Below are positions 42,827 through 51,519 of a stretch of DNA of 64,000 nt, one piece after another; within the stretch, counting starts at the first letter, position 1; each line of letters starts with the position of its first letter. The stretch lies in contig JAFYZT010000045.1 of the NCBI GenBank assembly GCA_017548605.1, positions 4,332-68,331 of the forward strand, in the 5' to 3' direction. Source of the DNA: Prevotella sp. (lineage in GTDB: Bacteria; Bacteroidota; Bacteroidia; Bacteroidales; Bacteroidaceae). The position numbers were made by a program, and so were the translations under genes. The notes below the pieces were generated by a model. The model was not told the DNA's origin and made no database searches. It was given only the letters and a program-made list of their open reading frames with translations.

Positions 42827-44662
42827 ATGAAGAAATTATTACTTTTAATGATGGCCGTTGTCGCATGCATGAGTGCGAAGGCGGGTTCAATTTCTAATGG
42901 TGTACTTACCATTAACGGATCTAATGATCTCGATTTGATGAATCATCCATCTGGTAGCTTTCACACAGTTAAGTTGGTTGGTGATTTTTCAGATGGTTGG
43001 TCTGGTGGTTGGTTAATTAATGATGGAGCTGATTCCAAGAGTTCTATCACCACGATTGATTTAAGCGAGGCTGACTTTACGAAGAGTTATTGGAGTTATC
43101 CTTCCACATCAGCACAAAATCATGCTAGTTACCAGTATTGCAATTGGAGTTTTAAAAACTTCGGTGCCCTGCAAACTGTGATATGGCCGACAGATCCCGC
43201 AAATTTGGCAGTCATTCCTGGCCATGCTCTTGAACATCTTGGAGCTGAAACTATCAGCATTCCTGGATACATCAAATTAATCAAACGGGATGCTTTTTGT
43301 GGCGTTTCTGGAACCGATGCACTCCATAATATTATATTTGAAGAATACAAAGTAAATGGTGAAAGTGCCGTGGATATGTATATTGAAGAATATGCTTTTA
43401 ATGAGACGGCTAAGATGACTGATGTCTATATCAATACGATGGGAACCATTCATGCGGAAAACATTGCTTTCCCATTGGACAATACTTATGGACATGCCGA
43501 CCCCGGAGCAGAATTGGCTACTCTTCATTTCCCCAAAGAAAAGGCGAGTGAATATGCCAACTTAAGTCATGAATTGGATGAAGAGACTGCTAATGATAAT
43601 GATGAGTTCCATAAATGGCTTATTGAGCATTTCACTCAAGCAGGACAAGCGTCCAACGGCTTTTATGAGTTCGTGTCAAGCGGTATCTCACATGAAGATG
43701 ATCCTCCTATTAGCACGGGAAAGTTCCTGAAAACTTTCAGTGACGCTGAGTATAGTTACATCGTGCCGAATGGTGTGAAGGCTTACATTGTGAGCAACAT
43801 TACTCAGGGTACAGGTGCTAATGCTGGCCAGTATATGCTTACCCTGCATCGCGTCAACGTGATTCCTAAAGGTACGGGTGTCATTCTCTATGGTGAGGCC
43901 AATTCTAAGAATTCCAATGGTGAGCCGACGCTTTCGATGACCATAGTCAACTATACAGGAGGTGCTTACAACGAAAATTCAACTATCAAGAATTACCTTG
44001 TTGGTACAGCTTCGGCTGCAGGAACAGCTGTTCATGTGAAACCCTATGATTTGGGCAGTGACGGTACAACAGTAGCCTACCGTAATTTCTTCTTAGGTCC
44101 GTTCAGCAATAGTTCATTAGGTAAAAAATATGCGAAAGAGCATGATGGAAAATACGGAGACTATCCTTGCACGGGACATGATAGTTCTAAGGGCGAGCGT
44201 GTGAATGGTGACTTTGTTGGTTTCTGGCGCGCCATTGAAAGTGATATTGCAGCAGGTAAAGCTTATCTGAAAGCACCTGCATCTTTATACGGGAACGGAA
44301 AAGGATCCGAGGCTATTGTTCTTGATCAGACAGCGATTGATATGAACATGGGTGGTGTTGCTTTATACAGAGCAGAGTATTGGCTGGCAGATAAAGCATA
44401 TCTGTCTGCCACTGAACTTGCTCAACGTGGCTTCTGGCAGTTGGCAGTTTGGGAGAAAGATTGGGGTGTACGTAAGTTTAATGCTACAAATCCTGTATTC
44501 GCAGATTCCTTCGGCGAACCTGAATTTGAGGTTGATGGTATTGAGACCATTTCAGAAGAAAACAATGGCGAGAATGTGTATTACAACCTACAAGGTGTAC
44601 GCGTGAGCCAGCCTACTAAGGGTGTGTATATCAGCAACGGCAAAAAATATATCTTCAAATAA
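42827..44662 (+). CDS. LRR-containing surface protein with T9SS sorting domain
   Basis: Signal peptide, BspA-like LRR units and a pre-CTD module shared with 7911-10214 and 46691-50965. Tail is VYYNLQGVRVSQPTKGVYISNGKKYIFK. Confidence 0.8.
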   Translation: MKKLLLLMMAVVACMSAKAGSISNGVLTINGSNDLDLMNHPSGSFHTVKLVGDFSDGWSGGWLINDGADSKSSITTIDLSEADFTKSYWSYPSTSAQNHASYQYCNWSFKNFGALQTVIWPTDPANLAVIPGHALEHLGAETISIPGYIKLIKRDAFCGVSGTDALHNIIFEEYKVNGESAVDMYIEEYAFNETAKMTDVYINTMGTIHAENIAFPLDNTYGHADPGAELATLHFPKEKASEYANLSHELDEETANDNDEFHKWLIEHFTQAGQASNGFYEFVSSGISHEDDPPISTGKFLKTFSDAEYSYIVPNGVKAYIVSNITQGTGANAGQYMLTLHRVNVIPKGTGVILYGEANSKNSNGEPTLSMTIVNYTGGAYNENSTIKNYLVGTASAAGTAVHVKPYDLGSDGTTVAYRNFFLGPFSNSSLGKKYAKEHDGKYGDYPCTGHDSSKGERVNGDFVGFWRAIESDIAAGKAYLKAPASLYGNGKGSEAIVLDQTAIDMNMGGVALYRAEYWLADKAYLSATELAQRGFWQLAVWEKDWGVRKFNATNPVFADSFGEPEFEVDGIETISEENNGENVYYNLQGVRVSQPTKGVYISNGKKYIFK

Positions 44663-44686
44663 ATAAATAAGTAGGAGAATTATACG

Positions 44687-44884
44687 ATGAAAGCAAAATA
44701 TATTGCCCCAAAAACAGAAATCGTTAAGGCTATTCAACTCCAAAGTTTGATGCAGGAAGCTTCCGGTACTTACGGGGGAGGTAACGCTTGGGGTAACAAA
44801 GCCCTCTTCGAGGAAGAGAATGGAGATGGTGATAACAATCAGGGAAATACTACCGAGGATGTAAACTTCACTCTTTGGGATTAA
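44687..44884 (+). CDS. small acidic peptide (65 aa), paralog of 46486-46680
   Basis: Starts 24 nt after the stop of the T9SS protein gene. Shares MK--Y--P---VKA--L, LFEEE and a terminal W(D/E) with the other peptide. Confidence 0.5.
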   Translation: MKAKYIAPKTEIVKAIQLQSLMQEASGTYGGGNAWGNKALFEEENGDGDNNQGNTTEDVNFTLWD

Positions 44885-45000
44885 TTTCTAAACCATTGAA
44901 AATCCATAGGTAGAAAAAATTAACCCGACAATCCATCAATATGTCGGTATTAACACTCTTAGCATTTAATATTTTCTCTTGAAATATTTAATGGTTGAAA

Positions 45001-45035
45001 CAGGGGAGGCTCACGAGCCTCCCCTGTTCTTTGCT
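45001..45035 (+). terminator. hairpin terminator after 44687-44884
   Basis: 11-bp stem CAGGGGAGGCT/AGCCTCCCCTG, CACG loop, then TTCTTTGCTTT. Confidence 0.55.
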
Positions 45036-45123
45036 TTATACTTGAGTAATTGCTTTTTACTTTCGCAAGCTCGCTTGCTTTACTAAAAAATATTAAACAC
45101 GATGCTAAATGACAAAAAATAAG

Positions 45124-45131
45124 TATCTTTG
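45124..45131 (+). promoter_or_regulatory. Bacteroidota -7 box (TATCTTTG)
   Basis: tatctttg, 37 nt upstream of ATG 45168. Confidence 0.55.
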
Positions 45132-45167
45132 CGCCGATTCGATAAATTACCTTTAAACTGTAGAAAC

Positions 45168-46268
45168 ATGAAAAGATACTCCTTCTTCCTGTTGGTGACC
45201 ATCGCTATGATGATGGTGGCCTGTGGTAAATCGTCAAAGGGTGGGGCAGAGTTCCTCGATAAACTCGGCATTGATGCCGACCAGGTGCAGATGCTTGCCG
45301 ACTCCATCGACGTGAGGATAGACACCACACTCTTCCACCTCAACAACGAACAGGGCAAGGCATTGCTTGGTGGCATCGTGCCGGAATGGGCGGAAGACAC
45401 CGTCGAAGTGGAAGGCGTGGCAAGTATTGCTGCTTTCAAGAAACTCGACAACGGCGTGTCTATCGCATTCCTCTGGCAGGAATGGGGCGACGGCGGGTCG
45501 ATGTATATCTGCTCCTACGACAAGGACGGTAAATTCGCCGACGGCATGGAATTTATCAACTGGCAGGCGCTCAACCAAAGCTCCATGGAGGAGGGCAGCT
45601 CGTTCTTTCTCAACTGGGAGGAGCGTTGCGGCGGCAATTTCACCAATGACGGTTTCACCATACATCGTATATACAAAGGCATGCGCACCGACAGCGAGAT
45701 GTCGGACTTCGTGCCGCAGTGGACCATCGAGAAAAAATATGACTATAAGGTGGACGACAAGGGTAAGCTGACACTCGGCGATATCCAACTCACACAGGTG
45801 GGAAAGGTGCCCGCAGAAATACTCTCCCTCGACGACCTGCGCGACTTGGCGAAGACGCCGGCTTCCGACAACAAGGTTATCGACAAGCTCAATCAGAAGG
45901 CGGCGACCAGCGAGGTGGTCAAGGCTGACGAGGACTCAAAAATCTTCTCCGAGGTAGAAAACGCCATCGGTACCATCTTCGAGCGCAATCCCACAGGAAT
46001 GCTCCAATGGATGGTGATGCACCCGGGTGAGCAGAGCTCGTTGAACCGATTCATCGAGAAGGCTGACGGTTTCGGCGTGATTGACCGTGAAACGTTCGAT
46101 GCAGCAGTGGAAAAACTTTCCGACGAAGCAGGGCGCGCTTACCTGCGCAACCTCACCAAGGACTGGTTTAAATCGGAGAGGATGAATGAAGATGGGGACT
46201 TAGACGAAGAATACTACGATGACGCAATCTCCACCGTCGTTTACGACGAAGAGGGGAACCCCGTCTGA
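45168..46268 (+). CDS. hypothetical lipoprotein
   Basis: Met 45168 gives MKRYSFFLLVTIAMMMVAC. A -7 box lies at 45124-45131. Confidence 0.75.
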   Translation: MKRYSFFLLVTIAMMMVACGKSSKGGAEFLDKLGIDADQVQMLADSIDVRIDTTLFHLNNEQGKALLGGIVPEWAEDTVEVEGVASIAAFKKLDNGVSIAFLWQEWGDGGSMYICSYDKDGKFADGMEFINWQALNQSSMEEGSSFFLNWEERCGGNFTNDGFTIHRIYKGMRTDSEMSDFVPQWTIEKKYDYKVDDKGKLTLGDIQLTQVGKVPAEILSLDDLRDLAKTPASDNKVIDKLNQKAATSEVVKADEDSKIFSEVENAIGTIFERNPTGMLQWMVMHPGEQSSLNRFIEKADGFGVIDRETFDAAVEKLSDEAGRAYLRNLTKDWFKSERMNEDGDLDEEYYDDAISTVVYDEEGNPV

Positions 46269-46320
46269 TGTTTTATCTTCCATACTTATTAAAGTCTCGC
46301 TTTTGCCGCTGTATACCCAC

Positions 46321-46405
46321 GGTTCAGAAGAACGATAGAAATGGTTAATTGTCAGGTGATGGCTTAACTACTGAGCGAAGCGATAACTTCTTAACTCCTT
46401 AACTA
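46321..46405 (+). repeat. TTAAC-word element, related to 26483 and 40342
   Basis: ggttcagaagaac...gtgatggcttaactactgagcgaagcgataacttcttaactccttaac. Confidence 0.7.
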
Positions 46406-46430
46406 CAAAGAAATTGAGTTGAATAAAAAC

Positions 46431-46460
46431 AACGAGGCGAGCTGGCAAGCTCGCCTCGTT
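46431..46460. terminator. bidirectional hairpin terminator between convergent genes
   Basis: 13-bp stem AACGAGGCGAGCT/AGCTCGCCTCGTT, GGCA loop, with A/T runs on both sides. Confidence 0.6.
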
Positions 46461-46485
46461 TCATTTTGCTATGCAGCGTCTGGTG

Positions 46486-46680
46486 CTATTCCCAGACATT
46501 CTTGTGCACCCAGTGTAAGTCTTCTTCTTCGAACAGGACCTCGTTGGCCGCTTCTTCACTGGGTTCATCCTCCGGAATGGAGGTCTCAATCAACCCGCCG
46601 TCGCCTTCACCATCCAACAACGGATCGGTATACAGATTGAGTGCTTTTACGCTCGGACTATTATAGATTGCTTTTTTCAT
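46486..46680 (-). CDS. small acidic peptide (64 aa), paralog of 44687-44884
   Basis: Starts 10 nt after the stop of the 1424-aa T9SS gene. See the paralog for shared motifs. Confidence 0.5.
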   Translation of the reverse strand: MKKAIYNSPSVKALNLYTDPLLDGEGDGGLIETSIPEDEPSEEAANEVLFEEEDLHWVHKNVWE

Positions 46681-46690
46681 TGTCGTTTTT

Positions 46691-49600
46691 TTATTTCCTC
46701 ACATATTTCTTTCCTTGCTTAATCACGATACCGCGATAGTTGTCGCCAACGCGCTGACCGGAGGTGTTCCATACGGCACCTTCGCCATTATTATCCTCCT
46801 CGGTGATACTGTCGATACCAGTGGTCTCGTCAACATAGAGCACATCGTTGGCATTGGGCGTGGTCAGGCGCAGGTAGGCCTTGCCCACACTTACCGTTTG
46901 ACCGGCCTTGGCCTTTTGGAAACCGGTCTTGCCTGTCGAGGTCTTCACATAACGATACACATAGCCGTAGTCGGCAGCGGTCACGGTGTACACCTCGTCG
47001 AGGTTAGCCACCAACAAGTTGTCGCTGTAATCGTCGGCACTCTCCGTCGTTGCCAGAGGAATATGGTAGGTGCCGGGTGTTCCCTTTACCACGATGCCCG
47101 TCTCGGCGGGTACGATGGTCACAGCCGACAGCCGCACACCGCCTGTCTCTACCTTCTCCACGGCCTTGTAGGCTTTCACCTCAGCAGCACTGAAGTTGAG
47201 GGCGTACGGTCCGCTGTAGGATGTGCCGGTGGCACCTGTTGCGATGGTGATATCGACACCGTTGTCCAGCACATAGTTGTTATCTTCGGAATTACCCGAC
47301 GACAGGTCAACGGTTCCTTCGGGAGCCAGGGTGATATAGCCCTCGGCCTCAACGGTCACGGTGTAGGTCTTGTCGGTCTGCACCACCTCCACGTCGAACG
47401 TGCCGTCCTCACCCGTGGTGGCGGAGTATTCAACATCGTTGTCATCGTTGCGCAACGTCACCTTCGCACCGGCCACAGCCTCTTCACTGGCATTCTTCAC
47501 GCTGCCGGTGAAATGGCTCCCGGCTGGTATGGTGATGGACAATACAGGTGAGGGATTGCCACTGGACAGGGTGAGTTCTGTAGATGTGGTATTATCGTTC
47601 TTGCCAGCCCATGTAAGATTATACGTGTTGTCTGTCGCGAACTGTGTCCTTTGGCTGCTATTCTCGTAAGTATCGGCATCAGAAAGCACTACAAGACGAA
47701 GGTTCTTGCCAGTATAGACAAAGGGGCTCTCAGACAAATCCGCTTTGAAATATTCCACAGGCTCACTGGCCGAACCATGGGCTTCGATAGTGAGTTCATT
47801 GTCGTAAATCTTTGTCATGCCATTGGTGTAGGGCTTGGATTTTGCGGTAGAACCGTCATCCTCCGTATTTTCCAACCACATCTGAACATGCGCATTTATT
47901 GATCCGGCTGGCTTGTAACTCAAAAGAGCCAGTTTTAATATCTGTGCGCCATCGGTAACACCATATTCCTGCAGTTTCTCTTTTGTATAGACGGTTTCAG
48001 CCAAACTATGCTTATAGTAGAAGCAGAGAGGATAGGTGTTGCTCATCGTCTTGTTCTCCAGAACGGTGATATCGCCACCTGCGCTCTCGGCTGCTACCGT
48101 TAGCGTATAGGCATCGGTCTGTACCGTCGTGGTGGGAGCGGCCAGGGCGATATAGCAGTTGCTGAAGGTGCCGGCCTCGTGCGGCGTGAAGGTGAAGGTG
48201 AATGTGGCGCTTTCCATCGAAGCTACGTCAACACTCTCCGCCTCTGCCACGGCCTTGCCGTCAACATACAGCGTAGCGGTGTAGTCGGCGGCGGCAAGCG
48301 TCGTCGCGTTGTAGTTCGTCGCCGTCACCGTAACTGTGTACACATTGTTAGTGGTGGCGGTGGTAGGAGCATCGAAACTCTCAATCTTGAAGTCGACGCC
48401 TTCCACGAGTTGGATGTCTTTCTCAAGGCTCGTGCCCTGGAAGGTCACTGTCAGCTCGTCCTCGCTCATCGGGAAGCAGTTCTTCTCCGTGTAGTTATGG
48501 CTCAAGGTGTAGGTCTTGGTGTCCTGCATCACCATGAAGTCGAACTGACCTTCGCTGTCGGTAGTGCCGCTGTAGGTAACACCGTCTTCTGAGGTCAGCG
48601 TGATGGTGGTGCCGGCGATGGGTGTCACCGTCTGGTCGGCATTCTTGATGGTCAGCGTACCCGTGAAGTGGCTCGCCTCCTTGTCGTAGAGCAGGGCAAT
48701 CCACGGCAACTTGGCATTGTCGCTGCCATAGTAACTGTCGCTCCATGTGCTCTTTGCCTTGTAGGCGGCGGTGGAGAGGTTGGATTGTGCAAAATTGACA
48801 CCTGTCTGTGTGGCATCCTGCACGCACTGGGCATGGATGCGCAGGTTTGTACCGTCGTACTCAAACGGCTGGGCAAGGGTGATGGTCATGATGTCCACCA
48901 TGTTGGCTTCACCATAGCTGCCACCTTTCTTAAAGGTGTAGCTGCCGTCGAATACCTTGGTCATGCCAGTAGTGTTGGTCAGGTCGTCGGTGGGGTCGCT
49001 GCCCACGACGGGTGACGTGGCCTCGGTGCTGCCTATCCATACCTGAACGGGAGCTGTCACCTCACTGCTGCTGTAACCCTTGAACACGATGCCTTTAATC
49101 ATCGTGCCAGAGGCGATGTCATAACTCTGCAAGTCGGAGGCTGTCCAAATCATATCTGAATAGCTGCCGGTGGAAGAGGTCTGAACGGGAATGGAAGTGC
49201 CATACGAATAGTAGTTACCGATGAGGGCCTCACCCTTCGGCTCTTCCTCGCTGATGGTAATCTCCACCTCGGAACTGCGCACAGTGGTGCCGTCGGCCAG
49301 TGTCAACTCGATATAGCTGTTGAATGTTCCCGTCTCATGAGGCATGAATGTGAACGAGAAGGTCTTCTCTGTGCGTGTGGTGAGACTCTGTGATGCTGCC
49401 TCGGCCACTGCCACGCCGTTGATGTAGTATTTGGCGGTGGCGGTCTCCGTGGCGTTCTTCAGGTTCTTTACCGTCCATGTGGCGGTCACCTCGTTATTGA
49501 CCTCGCCCTCCGTGGGAAGGTCCTCTTCCACGCTGATGATATCGTGAGCCATTTCAACGAGCGCGAAACCGTAGAAGTTATCAAGTCGCGCACCACCGTT

Positions 49601-50965
49601 GAACATGATATAATAGTCGCCACCCTCGGCAATGGTGAAGTTGAATTCCGAGAAGTCGTAGTCGCTCGATGAGCTGCCGCCCACCTGGGCTCCGGTATAG
49701 TCAGCTTCCTCAATGGTCTTCACGGTGGTCCATGTCTTGCGGTCTTTCGACACACTCACGGTCAATGTATAACCGAAGTAGCTCGCTCCGTATTTGGCGG
49801 CATCGAAATAGAACGTTTCACCGTCCTCGGCATGGAGCAGCGGAGTGATGAAGATGGGGTTGGTGCCCGGTGAGTAGTCAGTGGGACTGAGGTAGTAGCC
49901 GTTGGCGGCGAGATGTACGTAACTGTCAATCTTATATTCGCTGTAGTCACTACCTTCAGGCCAGGTCTGGTCCTCGAAGTCCCACGACCAGCGCGGGTTG
50001 GCCTCTTCCACCTTCATGGATACCTTCGAGGTCTTCACGCTCGCACCATCGGGGAAGACAATCTCCGCATAACTGGTGTGGCGGCCACGTGTGGTCGGGG
50101 TGTAGGTGAAGGTAAATGTCTGTGTGGCATTCACGGCAACAGCCACAGCCTCGGCTGTGGCCACTTCCACATCGTCGAAGTAGTATTTCACGGTGTAACC
50201 ATCGGCGGCCTCGGCAATGCCTTGGTTCACAATGGTAAAGCTCGCTTCGAACGGCTCATTGATGGTGGCCTGCGTCGGCAGGTTCGTCTCCGTAATCTTG
50301 AAATTGTGCTCACTGGCCACACCCGTCTCAATCCACAAGAAGGGAGAAGAGACCAATGAGAAAATACCGGTGTTCTGGCGGAACATGGTGTTCTTGAAGT
50401 CGGTAAAGGTTGATTTTGCGCAATAAGCATTCAACGCTCTGTTCAACTTGGCATCGCTTTCGGGCTTGACAACCATCACGCGCAGGTTGTTGCCGGCATA
50501 ACGGAAACTGTTGGGCACGGCAAATTCCATGATGATACCATCATCACCAGGGGCACTCACGGTGTAATTGCCATCGTAAATCAGCGTCATCCCCAACTCG
50601 TCAGGGTCGGCCATGTCGTAGTTGTACTCTGTGGTGCTGCCTTCTACGTATTGGGTGGTAGCGGGAGCATCATCAGTGGTATTGCCTATCCAAACCATCA
50701 CGGGAATGGTACCCGTATCGCCTGTGTAGATGCCTTTATAGACGATACGTTTGATGCCTGTTCCTTCTTCCAATCCGGCTGCTGTGAGGTCTGCCTTCTT
50801 GTAGATGGTCTCAGAATAACTTTGTGTCTGGTTGGCGGCAATCAGACGATTACTGTAAGTCGTCTGTTGGTCGGCGTCACCCACAAAAAGTAAATCCTGC
50901 GCCCACACCTGTCCGTATCCGAACAGCGTGAGCATCATGAGTAACAATAAACTGAGTTTTTTCAT
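46691..50965 (-). CDS. 1424-aa multi-domain surface protein with T9SS sorting domain, preceded by a cobalamin riboswitch
   Basis: Signal peptide MKKLSLLLLMMLTLFGYGQVWA. Three copies of a ~140-aa N-terminal-type module, CARDB-like repeats and two carboxypeptidase-regulatory-like units (TDSEGQFDF, GEDGTFDV). Tail is AVWNTSGQRVGDNYRGIVIKQGKKYVRK. Confidence 0.85.
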   Translation of the reverse strand: MKKLSLLLLMMLTLFGYGQVWAQDLLFVGDADQQTTYSNRLIAANQTQSYSETIYKKADLTAAGLEEGTGIKRIVYKGIYTGDTGTIPVMVWIGNTTDDAPATTQYVEGSTTEYNYDMADPDELGMTLIYDGNYTVSAPGDDGIIMEFAVPNSFRYAGNNLRVMVVKPESDAKLNRALNAYCAKSTFTDFKNTMFRQNTGIFSLVSSPFLWIETGVASEHNFKITETNLPTQATINEPFEASFTIVNQGIAEAADGYTVKYYFDDVEVATAEAVAVAVNATQTFTFTYTPTTRGRHTSYAEIVFPDGASVKTSKVSMKVEEANPRWSWDFEDQTWPEGSDYSEYKIDSYVHLAANGYYLSPTDYSPGTNPIFITPLLHAEDGETFYFDAAKYGASYFGYTLTVSVSKDRKTWTTVKTIEEADYTGAQVGGSSSSDYDFSEFNFTIAEGGDYYIMFNGGARLDNFYGFALVEMAHDIISVEEDLPTEGEVNNEVTATWTVKNLKNATETATAKYYINGVAVAEAASQSLTTRTEKTFSFTFMPHETGTFNSYIELTLADGTTVRSSEVEITISEEEPKGEALIGNYYSYGTSIPVQTSSTGSYSDMIWTASDLQSYDIASGTMIKGIVFKGYSSSEVTAPVQVWIGSTEATSPVVGSDPTDDLTNTTGMTKVFDGSYTFKKGGSYGEANMVDIMTITLAQPFEYDGTNLRIHAQCVQDATQTGVNFAQSNLSTAAYKAKSTWSDSYYGSDNAKLPWIALLYDKEASHFTGTLTIKNADQTVTPIAGTTITLTSEDGVTYSGTTDSEGQFDFMVMQDTKTYTLSHNYTEKNCFPMSEDELTVTFQGTSLEKDIQLVEGVDFKIESFDAPTTATTNNVYTVTVTATNYNATTLAAADYTATLYVDGKAVAEAESVDVASMESATFTFTFTPHEAGTFSNCYIALAAPTTTVQTDAYTLTVAAESAGGDITVLENKTMSNTYPLCFYYKHSLAETVYTKEKLQEYGVTDGAQILKLALLSYKPAGSINAHVQMWLENTEDDGSTAKSKPYTNGMTKIYDNELTIEAHGSASEPVEYFKADLSESPFVYTGKNLRLVVLSDADTYENSSQRTQFATDNTYNLTWAGKNDNTTSTELTLSSGNPSPVLSITIPAGSHFTGSVKNASEEAVAGAKVTLRNDDNDVEYSATTGEDGTFDVEVVQTDKTYTVTVEAEGYITLAPEGTVDLSSGNSEDNNYVLDNGVDITIATGATGTSYSGPYALNFSAAEVKAYKAVEKVETGGVRLSAVTIVPAETGIVVKGTPGTYHIPLATTESADDYSDNLLVANLDEVYTVTAADYGYVYRYVKTSTGKTGFQKAKAGQTVSVGKAYLRLTTPNANDVLYVDETTGIDSITEEDNNGEGAVWNTSGQRVGDNYRGIVIKQGKKYVRK

Positions 50966-51051
50966 ATAAGGTTATATTTAGAAATTTGATAATGTACTCT
51001 ACATCCGTACTGTACAAAGGTCAGTTAACTTTCCCAAACCAGCACCTTTCT

Positions 51052-51093
51052 CCCTCCCTTTGGGAGGGTCGGGGTGGGTGTCAGGCCGGGGTG
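51052..51093 (+). repeat. REP-like unit between riboswitch and start of the 1424-aa gene
   Basis: ccctccctttgggagggtcggggtgggtgtcaggccggggtgg. Confidence 0.85.
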
Positions 51094-51194
51094 GCTTGTC
51101 AAAAACGGTCCTGGCCGCTTTTAATTTTTTAATTTTGAAATCTTTTAATTTTGAAATTTCCCCAGAACCCTCCGCGGGGCCATGTAGGGGAGTA

Positions 51195-51350
51195 GGAGCG
51201 ATGGCAGGTCTTCTGACTCGCCGCCCGGTGGTGAACGCCTTCCCGACTCATCGTCAGTGGCTCTTCTGTTCACACCGCAGAAGGGCGGCTCACAGCAGCG
51301 GGACTGTCCGGGATTCTCACCCGTGTTCCCTTTTTAATCGCATGGTCTAA
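51195..51350 (-). promoter_or_regulatory. cobalamin (B12) riboswitch upstream of the 1424-aa T9SS protein gene
   Basis: The minus strand reads AAAAGGGAACACGGGTGAGAATCCCGGACAGTCCCGCTGCTGTGAG ... GAGCCACTG ... GGGAAGGCG ... AGTCAGAAGACCTGCC. Near-identical core to the 62.9-kb copy. -7 box at 51407-51415. Confidence 0.85.
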
Positions 51351-51478
51351 CGGCCAAAGCGAACCATTTCCTGTGAGGAGCGCGACAATACGCGCGCTTT
51401 TATACTGCAAAAGTACTCCTTTTTTCTTTTCGCACCAAATAATTCGACAGTTATTTCAGTATAGATGGATAGTCTAAC

Positions 51479-51519
51479 ATACAAAACGAGTTGTCCGATT
51501 ACGACAACTCGTTTTGTAT
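51479..51519 (-). terminator. 17-bp perfect hairpin spanning the stop codon of the ATPase gene
   Basis: ATACAAAACGAGTTGTC/GACAACTCGTTTTGTAT, with the stop codon in the loop and no clear U-tract. Confidence 0.35.

Noticed and set aside
51060-51350. 96-aa ORF on the plus strand
   Set aside because: It overlaps the REP unit and the cobalamin riboswitch on the opposite strand. The conserved RNA motifs explain the sequence better.
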